A stretch of 58,932 bases of DNA from an uncultured Clostridia bacterium (lineage in GTDB: Bacteria > Bacillota > Clostridia > TANB77 > CAG-508), in assembly GCA_944386745.1 (NCBI GenBank), contig CALXCG010000002.1:1-58932 (forward strand). The letters are read 5' to 3'. Shown piece after piece: positions 49,389 to 58,636 of this stretch (the stretch's first letter is position 1; each line of letters opens with the position of its first letter). The notes below the pieces were generated by a model. It was not told the DNA's origin and ran no database searches. It worked only from the letters and a program-made list of their open reading frames with translations. The position numbers and the translations under genes are program-made.

Positions 49389-50780
49389 TTAGAATTCACA
49401 ATTTTTTGGAGTTCTTGGGAAAGGTATAACATCACGAATGTTTTGCATACTTGTTAAATACATAATTGCCCTTTCAAAGCCAAGACCAAATCCTGCATGG
49501 TTACAACTACCATATTTTCTTAAGTCTAAATACCAGTCATATTCTTTAATTGGCATATTTAAATCCTTCATACGTTTTAATAATTTATCGTAATTTTCTT
49601 CTCTTTGGCTTCCACCAATAATTTCTCCTATTCCCGGAACTAAAAGGTCAGTTGCTGCAACAGTTTTTCCATCTGGATTTTGTTTCATATAAAATGCTTT
49701 TATATCCATTGGATAATCTGTAACAAAAACAGGTTTTTTATAAATTTTTTCACATAAATATCTTTCATGTTCGGTTTGTAAATCAACACCCAATGAAACT
49801 TTATATTCAAATTCATCATTATGTTTTTCTAATTCAGCAATTGCTTCAGTATATGTAACTCTTGCAAAATCAGAAGAAATTACATGATTTAATCTGTCTA
49901 ATAAACCAGTATCTATAAATTTGTTGAAGAATTGCATTTCTTCTGGACAGTTTTCTAACACATAGTTAAAAATATATTTAATCATATCTTCTGCTAAGTC
50001 CATATCATCTTTTAAATCTGCAAAACATATTTCGGGTTCAACCATCCAAAATTCTGCTGCATGCTTTACAGTATTTGAATTTTCTGCACGAAATGTTGGA
50101 CCAAATGTATATACATTACAAAATGCTTCTGCAAAAGTTTCAGCATTTAATTGACCACTAACTGTTAAATGTGCAGGTTTTCCAAAGAAATCTTTTGAAA
50201 AATCAACATTTCCATCTTTATCTTTAGGAATATTATTTAAATCAAAAGAATTAACATTGAACATTTCTCCAGCACCTTCAGCATCGCTTCCTGTGATTAA
50301 AGGTGTATTTACATATACAAATCCTCTCTCTTGAAAGAATTTGTGGATAGCATATGCTAAAACACTTCTTACACGGAATACAGCTTGAAATGTATTTGCT
50401 CTTGGACGTAGATGACTAATTGTTCTTAAGTATTCAAAAGAGTGTTTTTTCTTTTGAAGTGGATAAGTTGAATCTGATAAATTTTCTATTTCTACATCGT
50501 TTGCTTGTATTTCAAATGGTTGTTTTGATTCTGGTGTTAGTATAAAAGTTCCAGTTACTTTAATTGAAGAACTAATTGTTAATTTACAAATTTCTTCAAA
50601 ATTATTTAGGTTGTTATTGAAAACTATTTGTAAGTTTTTAAAAAAAGTACCGTCATTTAATTCTATAAATCCAAATGTTTTAGAGTCACGTACGGTTTTA
50701 ACCCAGCCTTCTATTGTGATTTCTTTTTTGTCATATTTTTTAGAGTTTTTATATAGTTCTTTTATTGATAGTCTGCTCAT
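49389..50780 (-). CDS. asnS: Asparagine--tRNA ligase
   Basis: 463 aa class IIb synthetase: [18 protein letters not shown] and GFGLGFER motifs. Confidence 0.95.
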   Translation of the reverse strand: MSRLSIKELYKNSKKYDKKEITIEGWVKTVRDSKTFGFIELNDGTFFKNLQIVFNNNLNNFEEICKLTISSSIKVTGTFILTPESKQPFEIQANDVEIENLSDSTYPLQKKKHSFEYLRTISHLRPRANTFQAVFRVRSVLAYAIHKFFQERGFVYVNTPLITGSDAEGAGEMFNVNSFDLNNIPKDKDGNVDFSKDFFGKPAHLTVSGQLNAETFAEAFCNVYTFGPTFRAENSNTVKHAAEFWMVEPEICFADLKDDMDLAEDMIKYIFNYVLENCPEEMQFFNKFIDTGLLDRLNHVISSDFARVTYTEAIAELEKHNDEFEYKVSLGVDLQTEHERYLCEKIYKKPVFVTDYPMDIKAFYMKQNPDGKTVAATDLLVPGIGEIIGGSQREENYDKLLKRMKDLNMPIKEYDWYLDLRKYGSCNHAGFGLGFERAIMYLTSMQNIRDVIPFPRTPKNCEF

Positions 50781-51008
50781 AAATGAATCATCCCTTCTAA
50801 TTTTATTTCAATGCTAGTCCATATTATATGACACAATTTTAAATTTTGCAATAAATTTACGTAAAAGTATATGAAAATAAAGTAAAGTATGATATAAGTA
50901 TATATAGAAAAAAAGAGAAATGGCAAAATAAAAATTTAGCAGATGAGGTTGAAAAATTGTAATGATATTTTTCAGCCATATTTGCGTTGGGAAAGGGAGG
51001 TTAAAAAA

Positions 51009-51536
51009 ATGAAAAGTATTTCTAAAATTGCAATAATAGGTGGACCTGGAACAGGAAAAACAACTTTAGCAGATAATTTGGGAAAGGTGCTAGAATTACC
51101 AGTTTATCATATAGATGGTATTCATCACCTGGCAAATTGGAAACCAAGAGATAAAGATGAGAGAGACAGAATAATTTTAGAAAAGGTAGGAGAACCAAAA
51201 TGGGTAATTGATGGTACATATCAATCCACTTTAGAAAATAGAGTGAAAGCTGCAGATTTAGTGATATTTTTAAATTATTCTAGAATGGCAAGAATGAAGG
51301 GGATATTGTCAAGATATTTTAAGCGTAGAGGTAAGGAAAAACCAGAAATACCAGGTTGTAAAGAAAAAATGGATTGGGAATTTTTGAGATTTACATTTAA
51401 CTGGAATAATACTAAGGGAAAAACAATTAAAGATGTGTTAGCGAGAACTGCTGATAAAAATGTTTTAGCTTTTAAAACTAGAAAAGAGTTGAATAGATGG
51501 TATGAAAAAGAATTTAATAAAAAAATAGAGATTTAA
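51009..51536 (+). CDS. P-loop kinase-like protein (topology modulation / adenylate kinase-like family)
   Basis: IAIIGGPGTGKTTLA Walker A; ATG after gggagg. Confidence 0.65.
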   Translation: MKSISKIAIIGGPGTGKTTLADNLGKVLELPVYHIDGIHHLANWKPRDKDERDRIILEKVGEPKWVIDGTYQSTLENRVKAADLVIFLNYSRMARMKGILSRYFKRRGKEKPEIPGCKEKMDWEFLRFTFNWNNTKGKTIKDVLARTADKNVLAFKTRKELNRWYEKEFNKKIEI

Positions 51537-51808
51537 GAAAACAATTCATCTTGCATAAAGACACATTTTACGTAAAGAAAACATAAAATATAGCAAAAGA
51601 AGGTTATAGGTAAACAGTTATATTACCTAAATATGATATGCAAGGTGGATAGTTGAAAAATAATTACAATTTTGGCTACGTCAAACTTCATTTGAAATTT
51701 AATCAACGTACAAAAAGTACGCCTCATAAATTTCAAACTTGTTTTCCTTGCCAAAATTTAATTCTTTTCCAACTAGGATAGAGCCTAGAGAAAGGAATGA
51801 TATAAAAA

Positions 51809-52165
51809 ATGGCACAGTACATAATCCAAGGTGGAAAAAAAGCAGAAGGAGAAGTGACAATATCAGGTTCAAAAAATGCTGCACTTCCAATAATAGCTGC
51901 AACTATTTTAAATGCAGGAAAAACAACATTATATAATGTTCCAAATATACATGATACGCAAATGATGTTTGAAATATTAAAAAAATTAGGAGGAAATGTA
52001 ACAAAAAAGTCTAATAAAATAATAATAGACACAAATAAAATTGACAAATATGAAATACCAGAAGATTTAATGAGACAAATGCGTTCATCAGTAATTTTAG
52101 CAGGAGCATTACTAGGAAAACATAGAAAGGCAATATTTTCATATCCAGGGGATTGCGATATTTGA
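51809..52165 (+). pseudogene. murA: 5' fragment (118 codons) of UDP-N-acetylglucosamine 1-carboxyvinyltransferase
   Basis: MAQYIIQGGKKAEGEVTISGSKNAALPIIAA...SYPGDCDI, then a stop. Full-length MurA continues GARPIDLH from this catalytic-Cys loop. Confidence 0.85.
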
Positions 52166-52337
52166 TTGATACATCGGACAAGCATAGGATAAATGAGTGG
52201 ATACAGAAATTTAAATAATAAAACAGATAAGCTTTAAAAGTAAAATTTTAAGGCTTATTTTTTGATCTTAAAACTATACTAAAAATTATTTTAAAAGCCA
52301 CAAAATTGAACGTGAGGAGAAAGGAGATGTAGAAAAT

Positions 52338-52880
52338 ATGGCAACACAAAAACTAAAGGGGCTATGGATACCTGTAGAAATTTTATTAAATAAAAATTTA
52401 TCAGATAAAGAAAAGATAATACTATCTATGATTTTGTATTTAAGTGAAGAAACTAAAAGTTGTTTTGCAAGTAATAAATATATAGCAAGTATTGTAAATG
52501 TGACAGCCAATAGAGTATCTAAAATTATAAGTTCTCTGAAAGATAAAGAGTATATAAAAGTAAAATTAAAATATAAAACAGACAGTAAAGAAATAGAACA
52601 AAGACAAATTACACCTATTGTTGAAAATATTAATAGGTATAATTCAAAAAGCCAAGAGGATATTGAAACAAATAACTATTTAAATAGTCAAAAACAACAA
52701 TACCCTATATATAATAAAGACAAAGATATAATAAATAATATAAAAAATAAAAATAATTATAATAAATGGGACATGTGTAAAAAGAAAAATACTTCATATG
52801 GAAGTGACAGAAATTATGATGACTTCGATTGGAGTAGCTTATATGCAAATTTAAAAGAGGTTAATTCTACTCAATATTAG
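52338..52880 (+). CDS. Winged-helix protein, replication-initiator/DnaD-like N-terminus with Asn-rich tail
   Basis: GLWIPVEILLNKNLSDKEKIILSMILYLS...ASNKYIASIVNVTANRVSKIISSLKDKEYI pattern. Confidence 0.45.
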   Translation: MATQKLKGLWIPVEILLNKNLSDKEKIILSMILYLSEETKSCFASNKYIASIVNVTANRVSKIISSLKDKEYIKVKLKYKTDSKEIEQRQITPIVENINRYNSKSQEDIETNNYLNSQKQQYPIYNKDKDIINNIKNKNNYNKWDMCKKKNTSYGSDRNYDDFDWSSLYANLKEVNSTQY

Positions 52881-52930
52881 AACTAGCCTCTTTTAAATTT
52901 GTCTAAAAAACTATTTATAGTTTTTTAGCA

Positions 52931-53015
52931 ATCAAAAATAAAAATTTGCTTTTTTATTTTTGATTGAATGGGGTGTGGGGCAATAGCCCTGCCATACAGA
53001 CAAACTTGTTTGTCT
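52931..53015 (+). other. Candidate oriT
   Basis: IR atcaaaaataaaaa / tttttatttttgat, then ggGTGTGggg (52973-52977), then IR agacaaac / gtttgtct, about 55 nt upstream of the relaxase gene. Confidence 0.45.
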
Positions 53016-53069
53016 AGTATGTTAGACATTCAAAGAAAATCTTAAGCAAGAAGGAGGTGCAAAGAAGAT

Positions 53070-54248
53070 ATGAGTTATGCAATTATAAGAAATGAAAAGT
53101 TGACTAGAACAGAAGCAAAAGGAAGTTATGTCCATAATGAAAGAAGAACAAGAGGTCATACAAATAAAGATATTGATTCAGAAAAAACACATTTGAATTA
53201 TTACTTAAAGAAAAACGAATTGAGCTATATAAAAGAATTTGATAGATTAAAAAAAGAAAATAATTTACAAGGACATATAAGAAGTAACAGTATAATAATG
53301 TGCGAAATGCTATTTACATCTGATAAAGAATTTTTTGATAAAATTGGAGAAAAAGAAACAAAAAGATATTTTGAAGAAAGTTATAATTTTATATGTAGTT
53401 ACAAAAATCTCGGAGAAAAAAACATAATATCAGCAGTAGTACATTTAGACGAAGGAACACCACATATGCACTTGATATATATTCCAGTAATTCATACAAA
53501 AGATAAAGAAAGAAAAGAAATAGATAAAATATGTTGTAGGGATTTTTGGAAAGGTAGAGATAGTTATAGACAATTACAAAATGCTTTTTTTGAATACATT
53601 ACTTCAAAAGGATTTGAAATAGAAAGAGGATTACCAGTTGAAGAAACAGGAGCAAAACACGAAAAGATAGAAAACTTAAAAAAGGTAACTAATTTTGAAA
53701 ATACTAAAAAGATTTTAGATAATATAAAACTAGACTTACCCAAAACACCTAATATAAATGATATTAAACTTATAAAATTAAATAGAGAAAAAGTAGAAGA
53801 TGAAATTATTAAGCCAAAAGATAAATTAATAAATGAATTATATCAAGAAAATGTTTTACTTCACAAAGAATTATCAAAACAAGTAAATTTAGTAAATACG
53901 GCTGAAAAATATCAAAAAGAACGAGATAAAATATTTTATGAAAATGAACAATTAAATAATCAAATACACAATATGAAAATAGAATATGAAGAAAAAGCAT
54001 TTGACTTAGAATGGAAATATAAAAGCAAAATTAAAGGTTTAGAAAAAGAAAATAGCCGTTTGTGCATGGTAGTAAATAAATTTAAGGAAACTATTGGGAA
54101 ATTTATAAAATGGGTTTGTAAAAAGTTTGATATGGGTGCAGAGGATAATTTGATTAGAGATTTTGAAAAAGAAAACAGAATTTTTTTGGATGCAGAAAAA
54201 CAAATTAAGAATGAGAAAATGGAAAAAGATTTTAATATCGAATTATAA
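53070..54248 (+). CDS. mob: MobV-family relaxase (Pre/Mob plasmid recombination enzyme)
   Basis: MSYAIIRNEKL..., HNERR, HLNY and HLDEGTPHMHLIYIPV motifs; coiled-coil C-terminus. Confidence 0.9.
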   Translation: MSYAIIRNEKLTRTEAKGSYVHNERRTRGHTNKDIDSEKTHLNYYLKKNELSYIKEFDRLKKENNLQGHIRSNSIIMCEMLFTSDKEFFDKIGEKETKRYFEESYNFICSYKNLGEKNIISAVVHLDEGTPHMHLIYIPVIHTKDKERKEIDKICCRDFWKGRDSYRQLQNAFFEYITSKGFEIERGLPVEETGAKHEKIENLKKVTNFENTKKILDNIKLDLPKTPNINDIKLIKLNREKVEDEIIKPKDKLINELYQENVLLHKELSKQVNLVNTAEKYQKERDKIFYENEQLNNQIHNMKIEYEEKAFDLEWKYKSKIKGLEKENSRLCMVVNKFKETIGKFIKWVCKKFDMGAEDNLIRDFEKENRIFLDAEKQIKNEKMEKDFNIEL

Positions 54249-54305
54249 TTAGACTTTAAGAGTGTATTGGAAAGTTTGTGAGACTATCGTAAAAGTTGTG
54301 TAAAT

Positions 54306-54347
54306 AAATCCTTCCTTGATATTTTATATTTTATCACGGAAGGATTT
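54306..54347. terminator. Bidirectional terminator
   Basis: aaatccttcc / ggaaggattt 10-bp stem between convergent genes. Confidence 0.6.
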
Positions 54348-54367
54348 ATATAATTAGCTTTAATTAC

Positions 54368-56069
54368 TTATCGTTGCATTTTATCTATATTGTTTCTATT
54401 TTTTATTTTATAGATTGTTGCTTTTACCATTCTAACAAAATTTATTCTATCTATAGCCTTAGTTTCTTTATATATATCAGATACTTGCTCTCGCATTGAG
54501 TAATTTCCTCTTTGAAATGTGGGTACTTCTGCTTTCAATTCTTCAAAAGAATCATTTTCTTTTACTGCATTCCAACGTTGCCTATATATGCTTTTTTCTT
54601 GTTCATCATCAAAAAGTAGTTCTAAAAGACATTCCACTTTTTCTCTTTCAGTCAAATCATGATTTTTTAATGTTAAAAAAGTATCTTTCTTATAATCTGG
54701 ATTATTAGACATTTGCTTTGATATACTTAACAGCTGACCAAATAATCGTATGTTTTCTCTAATTACATTTATGTCTATAGTTCCATTGGGCATTCTAAAT
54801 TCTATTGTATTTATTCCCTCTTCCTCAATATTACTCAAATTGATTCCTCTATTTCTCGTATCTTTTAATGCTTCTAAAATCAAATCAAAATCTTCTTGTG
54901 TTTTTATACTAATTTTACCATTTCCAAATGTATTTACAATTGTCTTATTACTTGTTTGAGCATATTGAGTTATGCCTTTTCTTGGTGGTTGCCCTTCTTT
55001 ATTAGTTATTTTATAAAAAAGTTCTTCACACTCATTATATATAGTAAAAAAGTTTTCCCAAGCTTTGAAATCTTTTCCTAAAAACTTTGCATTAAAATGT
55101 ATATGTCCGTCCACAATCATCATTTGAGTATAATCCAAATTTATTCATAATCATACATACAGTTGAAAGTTCGTTTATGTCACGTTCTTTATCATGCAAA
55201 GGAGGACTAGTTATTTCAACTCCATTTTCTAAAGTGCTTTCACCTTTTACTTCCCATCCGTCAAGTATATTTTTCACAACCTCAATATATTTTGCATATT
55301 CCCCTTCTGCTTCTAACTCAACTCCAAATGTCATATCTGCTGGCAGATTTAGTGGATTTTTATGTGAAGCATCAGATGGTATAATTCCAAATCTTTGAAA
55401 TTTTTTCTCATCCTGTAAAGAACAGATAATTAATAGTTTATCTTTTTCACTAAAGTTCATTATTGAATCTTGCATATATCTTAATTTTTCATCATCATCT
55501 TCTAATGAACTTATTATCAATGCTTTATCTGAAGGTTGTAGAGCAAGCTGATGGTTATTCAAACAGTCAACTCTACTTTTTTCATTTTCTAATGAAACTA
55601 TAATTCTTGCTTTTTCAAATGCACTTAAAGTAATATCAGGATTTGTTAAACAACTAATTTTAGATTTATCGTTTTTCAAAGAGAGTAGTATATCTATTAA
55701 TGAAATGGCATATTCTGATTTGTCAGAAAAATCTAAAACAATATTAGGATTTGTTAAGCAATTAATTTTAAAGTTATCATCTTCTAAAGAAAGTATTACA
55801 TTTGCTTTGTCAAAAGGAGTTAATTCAATTTTGGGATTAGTTAAACAATCCAAAATTAATTTTTTGTCTTTTATTGAACATATTACTGATACTTTATCTG
55901 AAGAATCTAATTCAATATTTGGATTCATCAAACAACGCACTTTTATATTTTCATCTTTTAAAGAATCTAATATCTCTATTTTTTCCCACAATTCTAGTTC
56001 GTTATTAGGATTTGATAAATAATTTATTTTTTCTATATCACTTAATTCCATTACTTTAGAAATATCCAT
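54368..56069 (-). pseudogene. Repeat-domain + amidoligase-like (Amidoligase_2-type) protein, split by a 1-nt frameshift at about 55107-55112
   Basis: Seven ~30-aa CLTNPxIxL...DK...SLxD repeats, then TFGVELEAEG...GWEVKGESTLENGVEITSPPL...DDCG. The expected GHIHF continues in the other frame (ORFs 55092-56069 and 54368-55138). Confidence 0.55.
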
Positions 56070-56072
56070 ACA

Positions 56073-56516
56073 TTATTTTTCTCCCATTCTAAAAAAACTT
56101 TTTAGTCTATCTAAAATCCTTTTTATTAAAGTTTTTCTTTTAATTACTAAACTAGTCTCTTCAAAATTATCATTTAATTCATTATTTTTTTGTTTAAATA
56201 AATTACCATAATTAAATTCTTCTCGTTCACTATTTTTTATTTGTAGTAATTCTTCTTTTTCATTTTCTAATAATTTTTTTCTTTCATCTTTTGATGCCCA
56301 ATAATCTCTATATAGTACTGATAGAATAACTTTTGTTTCATATAATAAATTTTGATTTTTTAAATCTTTTTGAGGATCTATTTTAACATTATAATTAGAT
56401 TTATTTTCCTTTATGAAATTTTTTAAGCTCTCAGGGATCTTAGCTAAAGATTCTTCATCTGCATAGTTAAGTATCATATCAACTTCTGCTAAGCCGTTTT
56501 TATATGATTCTTCCAT
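56073..56516 (-). CDS. Hypothetical protein (147 aa), translationally coupled to downstream gene
   Basis: Its stop is 3 nt from the next start; no recognised motif. Confidence 0.45.
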   Translation of the reverse strand: MEESYKNGLAEVDMILNYADEESLAKIPESLKNFIKENKSNYNVKIDPQKDLKNQNLLYETKVILSVLYRDYWASKDERKKLLENEKEELLQIKNSEREEFNYGNLFKQKNNELNDNFEETSLVIKRKTLIKRILDRLKSFFRMGEK

Positions 56517-56660
56517 AATTTAAACCTTTCATTCATTTTTTTTATTGATAACTTATAATCAAAACTAAAAATTAATAAAATTATCTCATATTATATATCA
56601 AAAGTAAAGAAAATTATATTGAGAAGTATTACTATTTTATTAATTAATATATTATCCATT

Positions 56661-57821
56661 TTATTTCCAATACAGATTACTTAAATTTTTCAATTCTACT
56701 TTAAATTCTTCTATTTGACTATCATTATAGTTATCTTTCAATTTATGAGCTTTTTTAGACCATTCCTTAAATTTCTTCTCAGAAAATTCTTTGGTATGAT
56801 TATTATGTAATCCATGCATTCTTTTATATTCTCTTTGAAATTCTTTTGAAATTGGACTTTTTTGTACTTTCTCTTTTCGCTTATTTAAAGCACCAATTTC
56901 TCTGCAAGTTTTTCCTGTATCTAAATATAGATTATTACAATATTTTTGGTCATTTCTGCCTTTTTGATTTTTATTCTTACTAGTAGTTACAGGTATAAAT
57001 AATTTGCCACAATTTTCACATTTATTAATTGTAAAATTATTTTGGATTATTTTAAATAATTCAAACCTAATTTGTTCTTCAGCATTAGCTAATTCATACA
57101 CTTCTTCAGCCATAATATGCTTTTCTTTTATTAAATTAACTACATCTTCTACATCTAATCTTTTTTCTTGTAATGACAATTCTGCATTACATACATATTT
57201 TGTTTTGAATTTTGTATCTAAAAATAGTGCATGTGCAGGATTAGTATTTAAATAGTGTATATCAAAAACTTTTTTTGCTTCATATAAATATAATCTTTCA
57301 TTAGTAGATAAGTTTTTTACAGTAGAGTTTTGAGAATATTTGCTAATCAATTCTAATCTTTCCTTTAAATCTGACTTTTTCTCCATGAAGTCTTTTATCA
57401 ATAAATCTTTAATTGTTTCAAAAAAATCCATATATTTTTTATGTGTTTTCTTAGATATTTTTTCTATTTTCTGAGTAAATTCATGCATTATAAGATTTAT
57501 ATTATATTCGTTTTCTTTTAATTCTTCAAAATATTCATTTGGAGAGTATTCTGGATTTTCAATAAAGCATCCAATATCAGATTTAAATAATAAATCAGAC
57601 CTAAATACTTTTGTATTATAAGTTTTTACAATTATATCTATCAAAACCTGAGTATAGAAGTGTGTATAAGGAGAAAATTCTAAACAAGCTCTAACTATTT
57701 GAAACATTTTAAAGAAACAATCTAATTTCTCATCCATTATATCAGATTCTTTTGCAGTAGATACAAGTTCTATTAATTGAGAGTATATATTTTTTAATCT
57801 ATCAAATTCTTTATTATCCAT
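56661..57821 (-). CDS. Hypothetical protein with C-terminal zinc-ribbon (CENCGKLF...YCNN...TCREIGA), DUF6076-like
   Basis: The Cys pattern resembles proteins seen on Firmicutes mobile elements. No clear RBS at the ATG. Confidence 0.4.
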   Translation of the reverse strand: MDNKEFDRLKNIYSQLIELVSTAKESDIMDEKLDCFFKMFQIVRACLEFSPYTHFYTQVLIDIIVKTYNTKVFRSDLLFKSDIGCFIENPEYSPNEYFEELKENEYNINLIMHEFTQKIEKISKKTHKKYMDFFETIKDLLIKDFMEKKSDLKERLELISKYSQNSTVKNLSTNERLYLYEAKKVFDIHYLNTNPAHALFLDTKFKTKYVCNAELSLQEKRLDVEDVVNLIKEKHIMAEEVYELANAEEQIRFELFKIIQNNFTINKCENCGKLFIPVTTSKNKNQKGRNDQKYCNNLYLDTGKTCREIGALNKRKEKVQKSPISKEFQREYKRMHGLHNNHTKEFSEKKFKEWSKKAHKLKDNYNDSQIEEFKVELKNLSNLYWK

Positions 57822-58115
57822 TATAGCAAATTCATATAGTTTATCTCCAATATTGTATTCAAAATCATGAATTGCACCAAAATATTCTCCGATTATTTTT
57901 TATTATGATTTTATTATTATTAATTGCGAAATTAGTTAGCATTACAGCACTTCCTACATTTTAAAAATAGACTATAATTATTTTGAATTTTACTTTAGCT
58001 ATAGACTTATAAAAATCTATTTACAAGCCGTTTTAAGGCTATTATAATAAAAATAGATAATAGAAAATAGCAATTCTAAATAACTATTTTCTATAATAGT
58101 ATAGCACATTGAAAA

Positions 58116-58144
58116 TTGAATAGCAAACTACAAGCACATATAAT
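58116..58144 (+). promoter_or_regulatory. Candidate sigma-A promoter
   Basis: TTGAAT, 17-nt spacer, TATAAT. Confidence 0.5.
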
Positions 58145-58364
58145 GATACTTTTGTCTGGCTAACGTGATGTAAAGGGACAATTCTCTAAAAAGAGGAATG
58201 AGGGCAAATCTCATATGGGTATTTGATTTACCACTTGTAGTTATTTTAGCTCTAGGAAGCGAAGCGACGTAGAGATAAATTATGTGAAACGAAGAGGAGC
58301 TTTAGTAATAAGGACAAACAAGAAACGAATACAATTGATAGAAAGGTAGGTGAATACTCTGAAA

Positions 58365-58517
58365 ATGACAAAAAAGAATGATAAGGATAAAAAGCAAAAA
58401 GAAAAACTACCATTTGCAGTTTTTATATGTCCAAAATCAAATATTGGTGATGTTCAAGATTATAAACAGGTATTCACCGATATTATATCTGATAGAATAC
58501 AAGAAAAATACAAATAA
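58365..58517 (+). CDS. Small basic ORF (50 aa), not in ORF track
   Basis: MTKKNDKDKKQKEKLPFAVFICPKSN...; weak RBS aaaggtagg. Confidence 0.3.
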   Translation: MTKKNDKDKKQKEKLPFAVFICPKSNIGDVQDYKQVFTDIISDRIQEKYK

Positions 58518-58590
58518 AAACAAGAACAAATTTTCGCAAAAATATTGAAAAATTGTTAGGATTATGATATAAATATATAAAATAAAAAAA

Positions 58591-58619
58591 TCAAATGTCC
58601 GAAAAAAGCGGACATTTGA
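58591..58619 (+). promoter_or_regulatory. Perfect 11-bp hairpin immediately upstream of the last gene
   Basis: tcaaatgtccg aaaaaag cggacatttga; terminator or operator. Confidence 0.4.
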
Positions 58620-58636
58620 AAGAAAAGAGGTAATAT

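Noticed and set aside
50781-50942. T-box leader upstream of asnS
   Set aside because: The upstream region is only ~160 nt, extremely AT-rich, and lacks the AGAGA, GNUGNGA or T-box (AAUUAGGGUGGUACCGCG-like) sequences.
51733-52185. 150-aa minus-strand ORF overlapping the murA fragment
   Set aside because: It is antisense to a sequence with unmistakable MurA homology, is hydrophobic and low-complexity, and has no RBS.
57822-57899. 26 stop-free, coding-looking codons (KIIGEYFGAIHDFEYNIGDKLYEFAI) in frame upstream of the 56661-57821 ATG, suggesting a 5'-truncated gene
   Set aside because: The stretch is short enough to be open by chance (roughly one in ten for this base composition). There is no independent homology evidence, so it is noted only as a caveat on the start of that gene.
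58126-58242. Retron msr/msd-like inverted repeats (aactacaag / cttgtagtt)
   Set aside because: No reverse transcriptase gene is nearby, and the predicted promoter would start transcription inside the left repeat.
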